Shown piece by piece: positions 63,314 through 64,000 of a stretch of DNA of 64,000 nt. The notes beneath the pieces were generated by a model that ran no database searches, was not told the origin of the DNA, and saw only the letters and a program-made list of their open reading frames with translations. Every line of letters starts with the position of its first letter. Position 1 is the stretch's first letter. Location of the stretch: contig CADCUB010000001.1 in NCBI GenBank assembly GCA_902805775.1, positions 30,234 through 94,233 of the forward strand, given 5' to 3'. The position numbers and the translations under genes are program-made. Source of the DNA: an uncultured Frankineae bacterium (GTDB lineage Bacteria > Actinomycetota > Actinomycetes > Mycobacteriales > SCTD01).

Positions 63314-64000
63314 ATGACGGCATGGGACAGCCTGCCGGCGGCGTTGCGGAGCGCCGGGCCTGTCGAGGGCCTGCGGCCCCTGCTGCAGGACGTCGAGGTC
63401 CAGCAGCACCCGGACGGCCCACTGCCCGGTGAGTCCGGCACCTGGCGTCGGTGGACCGGCCGGCTCGGCGGGACTGCAGGGCCGCTCGCCTTCGACCCCT
63501 CCACCGGGTCGTTCGGGAGGGCGCCCGCCGGCGCGGCCACTGCGGTCGAGCTGCCCGACCCGGCTGTCGAGGTCGAGGTGGCGGTGCTGCTGGACAGCGC
63601 GCAGGACCTGACCGACACCGTGCGGGTCCGGGCGACGACTCCGCGCGCGTCGGTGCGGCTGCCGTTCCTGCGCGGCGCGATGCTCGCGCAGGGCGCGGGA
63701 GCTCGGCAGGGGACGCTGGTGGCGGACCCGGACCACGCCGACGTCCGGTTCTGGCTGCCGAGCGTCACCCTGGAGGTCAGGCACACGCCCGCGGCAGGGG
63801 TCGCGGCGCGCCTGGTCGGCACGAGCACGACCGGCACGCCCGTGGACCAGATCGCCGACTTCGTCCGGATGGAGCCGCCGTACGCCCTGATCGGCCCGGG
63901 TGACGTCGTCGGGTTCGCCTTCCGCACTGCGGTCCTGGACCTGTCCGGTACGGCGGGACCGACCGTGCCCGCACAGGCGCGGGCGATGCCGGCGGCCTGG
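63314..64000 (+). CDS. hypothetical protein, N-terminal 229 codons (runs off the right edge)
   Basis: Absent from the ORF track because it is open-ended. ATG 63314 is the first start after the in-frame TGA at 63236, with GGGGGAG upstream. My translation: MTAWDSLPAALRSAGPVEGLRPLLQDVEVQQHPDGPLPGESGTWRRWTGRLGG...VRMEPPYALIGPGDVVGFAFRTAVLDLSG.... High GC3. No family recognised. Confidence 0.55.
   Translation, partial: MTAWDSLPAALRSAGPVEGLRPLLQDVEVQQHPDGPLPGESGTWRRWTGRLGGTAGPLAFDPSTGSFGRAPAGAATAVELPDPAVEVEVAVLLDSAQDLTDTVRVRATTPRASVRLPFLRGAMLAQGAGARQGTLVADPDHADVRFWLPSVTLEVRHTPAAGVAARLVGTSTTGTPVDQIADFVRMEPPYALIGPGDVVGFAFRTAVLDLSGTAGPTVPAQARAMPAAW

Noticed and set aside
52424-64000. Mobile genetic element borders for the accessory-looking region
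   Set aside because: I found no integrase, transposase, tRNA gene or flanking direct repeats in the window. GC content and codon usage look like the rest of the sequence, so I make no claim that it is an island or mobile element.

Overview
Very GC-rich (over 70% by eye) chromosomal segment of an Actinomycetota genome, supported by rbpA, lnt-ppm1, a garA/odhI-like gene and DUF881 genes. I did all reading by eye and ran no database searches, so family names come from recalled motifs. I support about 55 protein genes and found no rRNA, tRNA, CRISPR array, transposase or integrase. Most long Arg/Ala/Gly-rich ORFs in the track are out-of-frame or antisense artefacts of the GC content, and I re-set several starts inside the tracked ORFs.

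Layout from left to right:
- 1-11.9 kb, housekeeping: DUF4032 kinase-like gene, a TPP enzyme, MOSC, the lysine catabolism pair lat plus aldehyde dehydrogenase, an amidohydrolase, lnt-ppm1 and fxsA.
- 12-15.5 kb, signalling module: a degenerate kinase-receiver hybrid, a receiver-HD-GYP protein and a convergent DICT-like histidine kinase.
- 15.7-18 kb: rbpA with a sigma-R-type promoter, then fprA.
- 18-21.3 kb: a 1101-aa secreted multidomain protein.
- 21-34 kb: GH43, a permease, FkbM, XRE/map, and a LacI-GH2-ABC sugar locus with palindromic operators.
- 35-47 kb, conserved actinobacterial cluster: gcvP with a tandem glycine riboswitch, MerR, DUF151, an FtsR-like MerR, an FHA protein, gcvH, DUF881, a small basic protein, DUF881, a nucleotidyltransferase/PMM fusion and a CDP-alcohol phosphatidyltransferase.
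- 47.5-52.4 kb: small genes, a carboxylesterase, and a LuxR-type regulator whose partner kinase carries two frameshifts.
- 52.7-64 kb, accessory-looking region.

The most interesting element is a tightly packed five-gene plus-strand operon at 55565-62633. It encodes an alpha/beta hydrolase, a signal-less S1B protease, an adaptor plus degenerate P-loop protein, a 960-aa STAND NTPase with a helical-repeat tail, and an adaptor plus trypsin-like protease. Three of these proteins share an N-terminal adaptor-like motif. I interpret the operon as a candidate NLR/apoptosome-like defence or programmed-death system.
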